From contig CAVTUR010000030.1 of the NCBI GenBank assembly GCA_963737945.1, positions 22,193 through 86,192 of the forward strand: a DNA stretch of 64,000 nucleotides. Direction: 5' to 3'. The stretch is from Blastocatellia bacterium. Its GTDB lineage: Bacteria > Acidobacteriota > Blastocatellia > UBA7656. Each line of letters opens with the position of its first letter. The stretch's first letter is position 1. The notes under the pieces were generated by a model. It ran no database searches. It was not told the origin of the DNA and was given only the letters and a program-made list of their open reading frames with translations. This document shows positions 10,169 through 18,418 of the stretch, in pieces. The translations under genes and the position numbers were made by a program.

Positions 10169-10220
10169 GTTGATCGTCTGGATAATTTCTCGTCCACCTG
10201 CCCGACTGATCTGTTCGGGC

Positions 10221-10335
10221 CGTCTTTGCGTCTTTGTGGGTCTTGGCGTTTTTTGCGCGAACGTGTTTATGCGGCCGGACTGAATACCTCGCGCAAAGAC
10301 GCAAAGATCCGTAAAGATCCGCAAAGATCGCCAAG
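10221..10335. repeat. inverted array of CGCAAAGA-type octamers (element G)
   Basis: Left arm GTCTTTGCGTCTTTGTGGGTCTTGGCGTTTTTTGCGCGA; right arm TCGCGCAAAGACGCAAAGATCCGTAAAGATCCGCAAAGATCGCCAAG. Confidence 0.85.
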
Positions 10336-10386
10336 CGCTTTGGCGGAACCGTCGAGTCAATCGGAAATCGACAGTGGACAAACTTA

Positions 10387-10609
10387 GTGGAAACGATTTT
10401 TCAAGATATTCGCTATGGGAGTCGCGTACTCCTGAGAAGACCTGCTCTTTTCACCATCATCGCGGTGGCAACGCTCGCGCTTGGCTAGGGGGAACACAGC
10501 GATCTCTAGCGTCGACGACGCGGTACTGCTGCGCAAGCTTCCTTATCCTGATGTGCCCGCACGCCGCGCAACCAGAGTTGATCCCATGGTCGCGCTTCGA
10601 TACGAATGA
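10387..10609 (+). pseudogene. internally deleted ADOP remnant (head fused to tail)
   Basis: GTG-ETIFQDIRYGSRVLLRRPALFTIIAVATLALG-TAG, a frameshift, then NTAISSVDDAVLLRKLPYPD joined directly to [21 protein letters not shown]. Confidence 0.9.
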
Positions 10610-10651
10610 GGATCCAGGATCGGTATTGAAGGGCAAAATGGAGGAAGAACC

Positions 10652-13072
10652 ATGAATGGTTTATTTCAAGACGCGCGTTACGGCGTTCGCGTGTTGATCA
10701 AGACTCCTTCATTCACCGTGATCGCGGTGCTCGCCCTTGCGCTTGGCATCGGGGCGAACTGTGCCATTTTCAGCGTGGTGAATGCCCTGCTGATCAGACC
10801 CCTGGCCTATGGACAATCCGATCGTCTGGTAAAAATCAATCACAGGGACTCGACGTCCAGCGCCGACAACGCTGTTTCGCCTCCCGGCTTCGTTGATTAT
10901 CGAGATCAGAGCCACTCGTACGAGAGCATGTCCGCTGTTTACTTAGGCAACACGGCGTTGAACCTCAGCGAGCAGGGGGAGCCTGAGCGGCTTCAGGACG
11001 GACGCGTCTCGGCTAACTTTTTCACAACTCTCGGCGTCCGCCCAATGCTTGGTCGCGCGTTCGTTGCCGAAGAGGATCAGCCCGGGCGAAACCGCGTCGT
11101 AGTCCTCAGCCATAGTCTCTGGCAGAGGCGATTCGCCGGCGATCGTGATCTTGTTGGGAAAAACATCACACTCAATAGCCAGAGCTTTACGATCATCGGT
11201 GTGATGCCTGCCGGCTTTCGGTGGAAGGGCGATGATCTGTGGAGGCCGCTCGCGTTGGCTCCTGAGAGTTTCGCTCCGGATCAGCGCGGGAGTGAGTACC
11301 TCAGCGTTATTGCCCGGCTCAAACCGGACGTAACGGCTGAACAAGCTCAGTCCGAGATGGATGTGATCGCAGACACAATCCGGCAGAACAATCCCGCCTT
11401 TTATTCAGGGGACCCACACTGGGGGGTGGGGGTGACGCCGCTGCGCGAAGACGTTGTCGGCAGCATCAGGCCGGCTCTGCTGGTGCTGCTGGGCGCGGTT
11501 GGACTCGTGCTGCTGATAGCCTGCGCGAACGTCGCCAGCCTGCTGCTCGCCCGCGCAGCCACGCGACAAAAGGAGATCGCTATTCGTGCCGCGCTTGGCG
11601 CGAGCCGTTTCCACCTCGTACGCCAGTTGCTAGTCGAGAGCCTGCTGCTATCGCTGATCAGCGCCGGTCTGGGCCTGTTTCTTGCCGGCTGGGGTATCGA
11701 TCTGCTGGTGGCGATCGGGGGGAATAATATCCCGAGAGCCCAGGAAATAGGCATTGATGCACGAGTTCTCGGATTTACCGGCATGGTTTCGCTCCTGACC
11801 GCGCTGCTCTTCGGTCTGTTACCGGCAATACAGACCTCAAAGACCGATCTCCAGAGTATGCTCAAAGAGGGCGGACGCGGGTCGACCGGAGGCAGACGTC
11901 GCGCGCGCGCGCTGTTGGTCGTTGCCGATGTCGCGATGTCCCTTGTGCTGCTGATTGGCGCCGGTTTGCTCATAAAGAGCTTCGCACGGTTGGAAAATGT
12001 CAGCCCGGGATTTGCGCCTGAAGGTCTCCTGACGATGCAGGTGTCGCTGCCCGCTTTCAAGTACGGCGAGCCGAACCGGGTAAAAGCTTTTTACGATGGA
12101 GTGCTGGACGAGATCAGGTCCGTACCCGGCGTGCTATCGGTTGGCGCAGTTTCCGATTTGCCGTTGAGCGGTTCGGTCCACTCAGGCAGCTTCAACATTC
12201 AGGGTCGGACGATCGCCCCCGGCGAAGATGAGCTTCACGCGGACTTGAGATCGGCGACGCCGGAGTATTTTCAAACGATGAAGATCCCGTTGCTCCGAGG
12301 TCGTTTCTTCACCGAGCAGGACAACCGGGAGGCTCGTCCCGTGGCGATCATTGACGAGACACTGGCCCAGCACTACTTCCACGATGAAGATCCAATTGGG
12401 AAACACGTCGAGTTTCAACGAGGCAAACCGATTTGGCGGGAGATAGTGGGAGTCGTCGGGCACTTGAAGCACAAAGCTTTGGATGTCGAATTCAAGGATC
12501 AACTCTATGCGCCACACGCTCAGTTATCGAATTCAAATATGTTTCTGGTGGTGCGCGCGGCGAATGATCCGATGAGCCTGGCTTCATCGGTGCGCGCCGC
12601 TGTCAAAGCAATCGACAAAGACCAACCCGTTTACAAAGTGATGACAATGGAACAAGTCCTTGAGAATTCGCTGGCGCAAAGGCGACTGTCAGTAATTCTC
12701 TTAGGAGTCTTTGCCGCCGTGGCAATGGTGTTGGCGGCAGTCGGGCTTTACGGTGTGATTTCATTCTCGGTCACGCAGCGCACGAGAGAGATAGGGATCC
12801 GAATGGCGCTCGGAGCGGAGCGGCCCGACATATTCAAGATGGTGGTGAAGCAAGGCCTGACACTTGCTCTTGCTGGAGTTGGTCTTGGTCTGGTGGTCGC
12901 ATTCGCGCTAACCCGACTGATGTCAAGCCTGCTGTTCGGCGTTACTGCTACAGATCCGATGACATTTGCGGTGGTTCCTATGTTGCTTGCAGGAGTGGCC
13001 CTTGGAGCCAGTCTCGTGCCCGCACGCCGCGCAACCAGGGTTGATCCGATGGTCGCGCTTCGATACGAATGA
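10652..13072 (+). CDS. ADOP-type duplicated MacB permease (806 aa), array gene 1
   Basis: QDARYGVRVLIKTPSF, ALGIGANCAIFS, two MacB lobes, DPMVALRYE. RBS GGAGG. Confidence 0.96.
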   Translation: MNGLFQDARYGVRVLIKTPSFTVIAVLALALGIGANCAIFSVVNALLIRPLAYGQSDRLVKINHRDSTSSADNAVSPPGFVDYRDQSHSYESMSAVYLGNTALNLSEQGEPERLQDGRVSANFFTTLGVRPMLGRAFVAEEDQPGRNRVVVLSHSLWQRRFAGDRDLVGKNITLNSQSFTIIGVMPAGFRWKGDDLWRPLALAPESFAPDQRGSEYLSVIARLKPDVTAEQAQSEMDVIADTIRQNNPAFYSGDPHWGVGVTPLREDVVGSIRPALLVLLGAVGLVLLIACANVASLLLARAATRQKEIAIRAALGASRFHLVRQLLVESLLLSLISAGLGLFLAGWGIDLLVAIGGNNIPRAQEIGIDARVLGFTGMVSLLTALLFGLLPAIQTSKTDLQSMLKEGGRGSTGGRRRARALLVVADVAMSLVLLIGAGLLIKSFARLENVSPGFAPEGLLTMQVSLPAFKYGEPNRVKAFYDGVLDEIRSVPGVLSVGAVSDLPLSGSVHSGSFNIQGRTIAPGEDELHADLRSATPEYFQTMKIPLLRGRFFTEQDNREARPVAIIDETLAQHYFHDEDPIGKHVEFQRGKPIWREIVGVVGHLKHKALDVEFKDQLYAPHAQLSNSNMFLVVRAANDPMSLASSVRAAVKAIDKDQPVYKVMTMEQVLENSLAQRRLSVILLGVFAAVAMVLAAVGLYGVISFSVTQRTREIGIRMALGAERPDIFKMVVKQGLTLALAGVGLGLVVAFALTRLMSSLLFGVTATDPMTFAVVPMLLAGVALGASLVPARRATRVDPMVALRYE

Positions 13073-13075
13073 AAT

Positions 13076-13158
13076 TGATTTGCGATTGCCGATTTGCGGT
13101 TGCCGATTTCGGCTTACTCGACTTGGTTCTCGAACACGCAGTCGGCAATCGCAAATCA
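13076..13158. repeat. inverted GATTGCC/GATTTGC heptamer array (element A)
   Basis: GATTTGC GATTGCC GATTTGC GGTTGCC from 13077. Perfect 17-bp inverted repeat TGATTTGCGATTGCCGA (13076-13092) / TCGGCAATCGCAAATCA (13142-13158). Confidence 0.9.
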
Positions 13159-13172
13159 GAACGGATGAAATT

Positions 13173-15611
13173 ATGGAAACTTTGTGGCAGGACCTGCGGT
13201 ACGGATTTCGGATGCTGACGAAGAATCCGGGCTTCACCGCGATCGCGGTGGTCTCGCTGGCGCTTGGGATTGGGGCGAACACCGCGATCTTCAGTGTGGT
13301 GAACGCGGTATTGCTGAAGGGACTACCGTTTCACGACTCGGAACGGCTGGTGATGGTTTGGGAGGATGCGTCGTTCGCCGGTTTCCCCCGAAACACTCCC
13401 GCGCCGGCTAACTATGCCGATTGGAAGTCTCGAAGTGACGCCTTTGAGGACATGGCCGCGGTAGCTCGACGGAGCTTCAATCTGACGGGCGACGGCGAGC
13501 CCGAGCGGATCGAAGCGTATGCGGCTACTGGTAGTTTCTTTTCGCTGCTCGGCACCGACCCGGTCTTAGGCCGTACCGTTCTCCCGGACGACGACACGCC
13601 CGAGGCCAACAAGGTGGTAGTGCTCAGCTACAAGCTCTGGCGGCAACGGTACGGCGGCGACGCAGCCGTCATCGGCAGGGAGGTGCTCCTTAGTGGTGAA
13701 AAGCACACGATCGTAGGTGTGATGCCCGCTCGATTTCAGTTTCTTGAAAGCGATATCCAGGCGTGGGTGCCGATGGCGTTCACGCCAGACCAACTGGCAC
13801 AACGCGGCTCTCATTACCTTCAGGTAGTCGCACGGGTGAAGCCGGGGGTTTCGACGGAACAAGCAAACGCGGAGATTCAGTCGATCCAGCGACAGATCGC
13901 TCAGGACCATCCCAACGCAGCCGGCCGCATATCGGCTTATGTGATGCCTCTACATGATCAGGTGGCGGGTGACATTCGCCGGCCGCTGTTGGTGCTGCTG
14001 GTGTCGGTGGGTTTCGTCTTGCTGATCGCTTGCGCGAACATCGCCAACCTGCTCCTCTCGCGCGCAGCCAGCCGGCAACGTGAGATAGCGGTGCGCTCGG
14101 CCCTGGGCGCCAGCCGCCTTAGAATCATCCGGCAATTGATTACCGAGGGGGTGGTTCTGTCGATCTCCGGCGCGGCGCTAGGGGTTTTGCTGGCGCTGGA
14201 GAGTTTCGCGTTCTTGAGCCGTTTGATCCCGGACTCGCTGGCTATTTCGACAAGCCTGAGTCTCGACATGAAGGTTCTCGGATATACCCTGTTGGTATCG
14301 CTTGCCACTGCCGTTATCTTCGGACTTGCGCCGGCTGTTCAGGCGGCGAGAGTCGACCTGAACGAAGCTTTGAAACAGAGCGGCGGCCGGTCGGGGCTGA
14401 GCGCCGGAGGCAACAGGTTGCGAAGCTCGATGGTGGTGGCCGAAGTCGCGCTGGCGTTGGTGTTGCTGGTGGGTGCCGGGCTACTGATTCAGACATTCGT
14501 GAACCTGCGCGCTCCGTATTCCGCTATGCGTCCCGAAAACGTGTTGGTGTTACGAACTCAACTCTCCTCCAGCAAGTATCGCGACCAGCCTCATCGCGCC
14601 GCCTTTTACAGCCAGGTCCTCGAGCGCGTGACCGCCCTGCCCGGTGTCGTGTCGGCAGGCTATACAAATTCAGTTCCTCTCGATTGGAAAGGCGGCACCA
14701 GCGGCTTCTATCCGGAAGGTCTGACGATGGATCAGGCGCGCGCGGGTGGTTTATCTTACGACGCAAATCATCGCCAGGTGAGCTCGGATTACCTGAAGAC
14801 AATGGGCATACCCCTAAAACAGGGGCGTAGTCTGGAGGATCGGGACAACGAGCTGGCGATCCCCGTCGCCCTCGTCAACGAAACTATGGCCCGCCAATAC
14901 TGGCAGGGAGAAGCGCTCGGCAAACGCTTCAAACTCGGCGACCCCGATGAACCGATACCCTGGATCACCATCGTCGGGGTGTGCGGCGATATCCGGCAGA
15001 TGGGAGTCGACGAACCGGTCAAGGCAGAGATGTATCTGCCGTACAGACAGATCAAGGACCATCAGTTCTTTGCGCCGCGCGATCTGGTCTTGCGCACCGC
15101 AGGGGATCCGGTGAACCTGGTCGCCGCGGTACGCGACGAAATTCACGCGATCGATCCGGATCAACCGATCTCGAACGTTCGAACGATGGATGAGGTGTTG
15201 GGCGAGGAAACAGCTTCCCGGCGCTTAGGCATGACCCTGTTGACGGTATTCGCGGCTCTGGCTTTGCTGCTGGCCGCTCTTGGTATCTACGGAGTGCTCG
15301 CATACTTCGTAGTGCAGCATACACCTGAGATCGGGGTAAGGGTCGCGCTGGGCGCCCCTCGCTCCGGCATCCTTGCACTGGTGTTGAAGAAAGGGATGAC
15401 CTTGGCTCTCCTGGGAGTCGCTACGGGTTTGGGCGCTTCGTTCGCCTTAACCAGGCTGATGGCAAGCCTGTTGTTTGGTATGAGCGCAACCGATCCGGGC
15501 ACCTTTGTGATGGTGGCATTGCTGCTGGTCGCAGTGGCATTGGTCGCGTGTTACTTGCCCGCGCGAAGGGCGACCAAGGTAGATCCGATGATCGCGTTGA
15601 GATACGAATGA
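13173..15611 (+). CDS. ADOP-type duplicated MacB permease (~812 aa), array gene 2
   Basis: True start [21 protein letters not shown] at 13173; two lobes; DPMIALRYE. Confidence 0.96.
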   Translation: METLWQDLRYGFRMLTKNPGFTAIAVVSLALGIGANTAIFSVVNAVLLKGLPFHDSERLVMVWEDASFAGFPRNTPAPANYADWKSRSDAFEDMAAVARRSFNLTGDGEPERIEAYAATGSFFSLLGTDPVLGRTVLPDDDTPEANKVVVLSYKLWRQRYGGDAAVIGREVLLSGEKHTIVGVMPARFQFLESDIQAWVPMAFTPDQLAQRGSHYLQVVARVKPGVSTEQANAEIQSIQRQIAQDHPNAAGRISAYVMPLHDQVAGDIRRPLLVLLVSVGFVLLIACANIANLLLSRAASRQREIAVRSALGASRLRIIRQLITEGVVLSISGAALGVLLALESFAFLSRLIPDSLAISTSLSLDMKVLGYTLLVSLATAVIFGLAPAVQAARVDLNEALKQSGGRSGLSAGGNRLRSSMVVAEVALALVLLVGAGLLIQTFVNLRAPYSAMRPENVLVLRTQLSSSKYRDQPHRAAFYSQVLERVTALPGVVSAGYTNSVPLDWKGGTSGFYPEGLTMDQARAGGLSYDANHRQVSSDYLKTMGIPLKQGRSLEDRDNELAIPVALVNETMARQYWQGEALGKRFKLGDPDEPIPWITIVGVCGDIRQMGVDEPVKAEMYLPYRQIKDHQFFAPRDLVLRTAGDPVNLVAAVRDEIHAIDPDQPISNVRTMDEVLGEETASRRLGMTLLTVFAALALLLAALGIYGVLAYFVVQHTPEIGVRVALGAPRSGILALVLKKGMTLALLGVATGLGASFALTRLMASLLFGMSATDPGTFVMVALLLVAVALVACYLPARRATKVDPMIALRYE

Positions 15612-15613
15612 AA

Positions 15614-15780
15614 GGATTTTGGATTTTAGATTTTGGATTTTGGATTGCCCGTGTGCCGGGACCCTTATCGAACCGGGGGCGGTCCGCAATCCAAAATCCA
15701 AAATTCTCGCAGGTGCCGGGACCCTTATCGAACCGGGAGCAGTCCGCAATCCAAAATCCAAAATCTAAAATCCAAAATCC
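15614..15780. repeat. inverted GGATTTT heptamer array with internal 60-bp-period duplication (element B)
   Basis: Perfect 35-bp inverted repeat at 15614-15648 / 15746-15780. A 52-bp direct repeat at 15653-15704 and 15713-15764 has 2 mismatches. Confidence 0.95.
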
Positions 15781-15795
15781 CAGTAGGGGGATAAC

Positions 15796-18219
15796 ATGAA
15801 AGAACTTACCCAGGACATTCGCTACGGTTTTCGTATGTTGAGCACGAGACCCGGCTTCACCATCGTCGCAGTCATTGCGCTGGCGCTCGGGATCGGTGCA
15901 AACACCGCGATCTTCAGCCTGATCAACTCGGTGTTGCTGCGTCCGCTGCCGTATCCCGAGCCCGACCGGCTGGTAATGCTCGAAGAGAGCGAGAAGGACG
16001 GCAAGAGTTCAACTACCTCCTACGCGACAAGCAAAGACTGGCGCGAACGAAGCCAGACCTTCGAGAGTATTTCGGTCGTCAGAGACTGGAGCATCACTCT
16101 TACCGGCGCGGGCGAGCCTGAGATGCTGCAAGGGATGCGGGTGTCGGCAAACTATTTTGGCACCCTCGCGGTAAAGCCAGCTCTGGGCCGCGAATTCCTG
16201 CCTCAGGAAGACACCCCGGCAACCCGGCGCGTAGTCATCCTGAGCGACGGGCTGTGGCGACGCCGCTTCGGATCGGATGCCGATATCGTCGGGAGGCCGA
16301 TCGCGCTTGGCGGACAGACTTTCACCGTCGCCGGAGTGATGCCCAGGGGTTTTGAGGATCTTGTTTCGGCGCGCCTGTACCAAACGGCCGATTTGTGGGC
16401 GCCGCTGGGCTACGATGAAACCCTCCCCTGGGCCTGTCGCACCTGCCGGCACATTCAAGCCATTGCTCGCCTCAAACGCGGGGTGTCCCTTGAACAGGCG
16501 GGCGTGGAGATGAACGCAATCTCGCAGAATCTCATCGTCGAGCATCCGAAGGACTACGCTTTCGCGGGAGTAACAATCATTCCGTTGCTGGATAAATTCG
16601 TGGGGGCGGTGCGTCCGGCATTGTACCTGTTGCTCGGAGCGGTCGGTCTGGTGCTGCTGATCGCTTGCGCGAACGTCGCCAACTTGCTGCTGGCCCGGGC
16701 GACACAGCGTCGAAAAGAGATTGCGATCCGGTCAGCACTCGGAGCACGTCGCAGCAGAATAGTGCGGCAGTTGTTAACCGAGAGCACAATGCTCTCCCTG
16801 CTTGGCGCGGCATTGGGGCTGGCGCTGGTCTGGTGGAGCCTCGAGCTGCTGGCCGCGTTCAGCCCGCCAACTATTCTCCGGCTCAACGAAGTGAACGTCG
16901 ATGCGCGAGTGCTCGGATTCACCCTCGCGCTCTCGCTGCTCACCGGCATCATCTTTGGCCTTGCGCCGGCGCTTCAAGCCTCGAAGCTCGATCTCAACGC
17001 GGCGCTCAAGGAAGGCGCTCGGGGTGCTGGGGGCGGCGGCGGGCATCGCCTGCGAAATCTGCTGGTTGTCTCGGAGATCGCCCTGGCGCTGGTTCTGATG
17101 GTTGGCGCCGGACTGCTGGTTAGAAGTTTCCTGCGGGTGCTCGATGTCACTCCCGGTTTTGAGCCGTCCAACGTCATAACCATGAACGTCTCGGCGAACG
17201 GAACGAGATACGCAGAGGAGGCGGACGTTCGCGCTTTCTACGATGAAGTCATCAATCGCGTAGGCCACCTCCCGGGGGTGGAGGCCGCGGCCGTTGTCAG
17301 TAATCTGCCGCTCGGCGGCAACAAGGACATGTACGGGTTTCACATTGAGGAAAAGCCGCTCGCAAATCCCGAGGAGGCGCCCAGTGTCGAGCGCTATGTG
17401 GTCAGCCCCGGCTACCTGCGCGCGATGCGAATTCCTCTGCTTGCCGGCCGTGAGTTCAATGATCACGATGCGCCAAACGCGCCCCCCGTAGTCTTGATCA
17501 GCGTCTCTACCGCGGAGAGCATCTGGCCAGGAGAAGACCCGATCGGCAAGCGCGTGAGAATGGGGGGCATGGAAGGCCCGCTGCGCACCATCGTCGGTAT
17601 TACCGGCAACGTGAGTCATTATGCGTTGGACACACCGCCCGATTTGCAGGCCTACGTTCCGGAAGCGCAGTGGACAAACTCGGACCTGCAGCTAGTCGTG
17701 CGATCTCCCATCGATCCGAAGGCTCTGATGGAAGCGGTGCGCAACGAGATCTGGGCCGTGGATAAAGACCTGCCGATCTACAGCGTGGCGACGATGGAGC
17801 AATTGGTGTCCGCCTCAGTCGCGCAGCGGCGGTTCATAGTAATCTTGCTGGCACTGATGGCAGGACTCGCGGCGACCCTTGCGGCACTCGGAATCTACAG
17901 TCTGATGTCCTATTCAGTAACCCAGCGAACCCAGGAGCTTGGAATTCGAATGGCGCTGGGGGCTCAGTCAAACGATGTCCTCAGGCTTGTCGTCGGACAA
18001 GGCATTCTGCTTGCGATGGCCGGCATTGGTGTGGGGTTGGTTGCATCGGTGGCGTTGACGCGGGTGATGTCCAGTATGTTGTTTGGGATTGGAGCAACCG
18101 ATCCGCTTACGTTCACGGTCATCTCGCTGGCAGTGGCCGGAGTGGCTCTGGGGGCCAGTTTTGTGCCGGCCCGAAGGGCGACAAAAGTGGATCCGATGGT
18201 CGCGCTGAGATGCGAATGA
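15796..18219 (+). CDS. ADOP-type duplicated MacB permease (807 aa), array gene 3
   Basis: QDIRYGFRMLSTRPGF, two lobes, DPMVALRCE. Confidence 0.96.
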   Translation: MKELTQDIRYGFRMLSTRPGFTIVAVIALALGIGANTAIFSLINSVLLRPLPYPEPDRLVMLEESEKDGKSSTTSYATSKDWRERSQTFESISVVRDWSITLTGAGEPEMLQGMRVSANYFGTLAVKPALGREFLPQEDTPATRRVVILSDGLWRRRFGSDADIVGRPIALGGQTFTVAGVMPRGFEDLVSARLYQTADLWAPLGYDETLPWACRTCRHIQAIARLKRGVSLEQAGVEMNAISQNLIVEHPKDYAFAGVTIIPLLDKFVGAVRPALYLLLGAVGLVLLIACANVANLLLARATQRRKEIAIRSALGARRSRIVRQLLTESTMLSLLGAALGLALVWWSLELLAAFSPPTILRLNEVNVDARVLGFTLALSLLTGIIFGLAPALQASKLDLNAALKEGARGAGGGGGHRLRNLLVVSEIALALVLMVGAGLLVRSFLRVLDVTPGFEPSNVITMNVSANGTRYAEEADVRAFYDEVINRVGHLPGVEAAAVVSNLPLGGNKDMYGFHIEEKPLANPEEAPSVERYVVSPGYLRAMRIPLLAGREFNDHDAPNAPPVVLISVSTAESIWPGEDPIGKRVRMGGMEGPLRTIVGITGNVSHYALDTPPDLQAYVPEAQWTNSDLQLVVRSPIDPKALMEAVRNEIWAVDKDLPIYSVATMEQLVSASVAQRRFIVILLALMAGLAATLAALGIYSLMSYSVTQRTQELGIRMALGAQSNDVLRLVVGQGILLAMAGIGVGLVASVALTRVMSSMLFGIGATDPLTFTVISLAVAGVALGASFVPARRATKVDPMVALRCE

Positions 18220-18222
18220 AGA

Positions 18223-18400
18223 CGATTTTGGATTTTAGATTTTGGATTTTGGATTACCTACGTATCGGAATCGTCGATTTTGGATTTTGGATTTTGGATT
18301 ACCCGTGTACCGGATCGTCGATTTTAGATTTTAGATTTTGGGATTTTGGATTGCCCACGTACCGGGATGGTCAATCATCCAAAATCTAAAATCCAAAATC
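18223..18400. repeat. GGATTTT heptamer element with three left arms and one right arm (element C)
   Basis: Units start at 18223, 18275 and 18319. Each is a run of (G/A/C)GATTTT heptamers, then GGATT(A/G)CC..GTA.CGG.AT.GT. The right arm is ATCC AAAATCT AAAATCC AAAATC at ~18377-18400. Confidence 0.93.
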
Positions 18401-18418
18401 ACACTCAGAGGGAAAAAG

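Noticed and set aside
10553-13072. Remnant tail and gene-1 tail as a DGR template/variable-region pair
   Set aside because: Only 2 differences (A/G and C/G), not adenine-specific mutagenesis, and no reverse transcriptase or Avd gene is present.
15614-18400. Elements B and C as a CRISPR array
   Set aside because: Only 2-3 units, built of 7-mer microsatellite arms with similar rather than unique spacers; no cas genes in the window.
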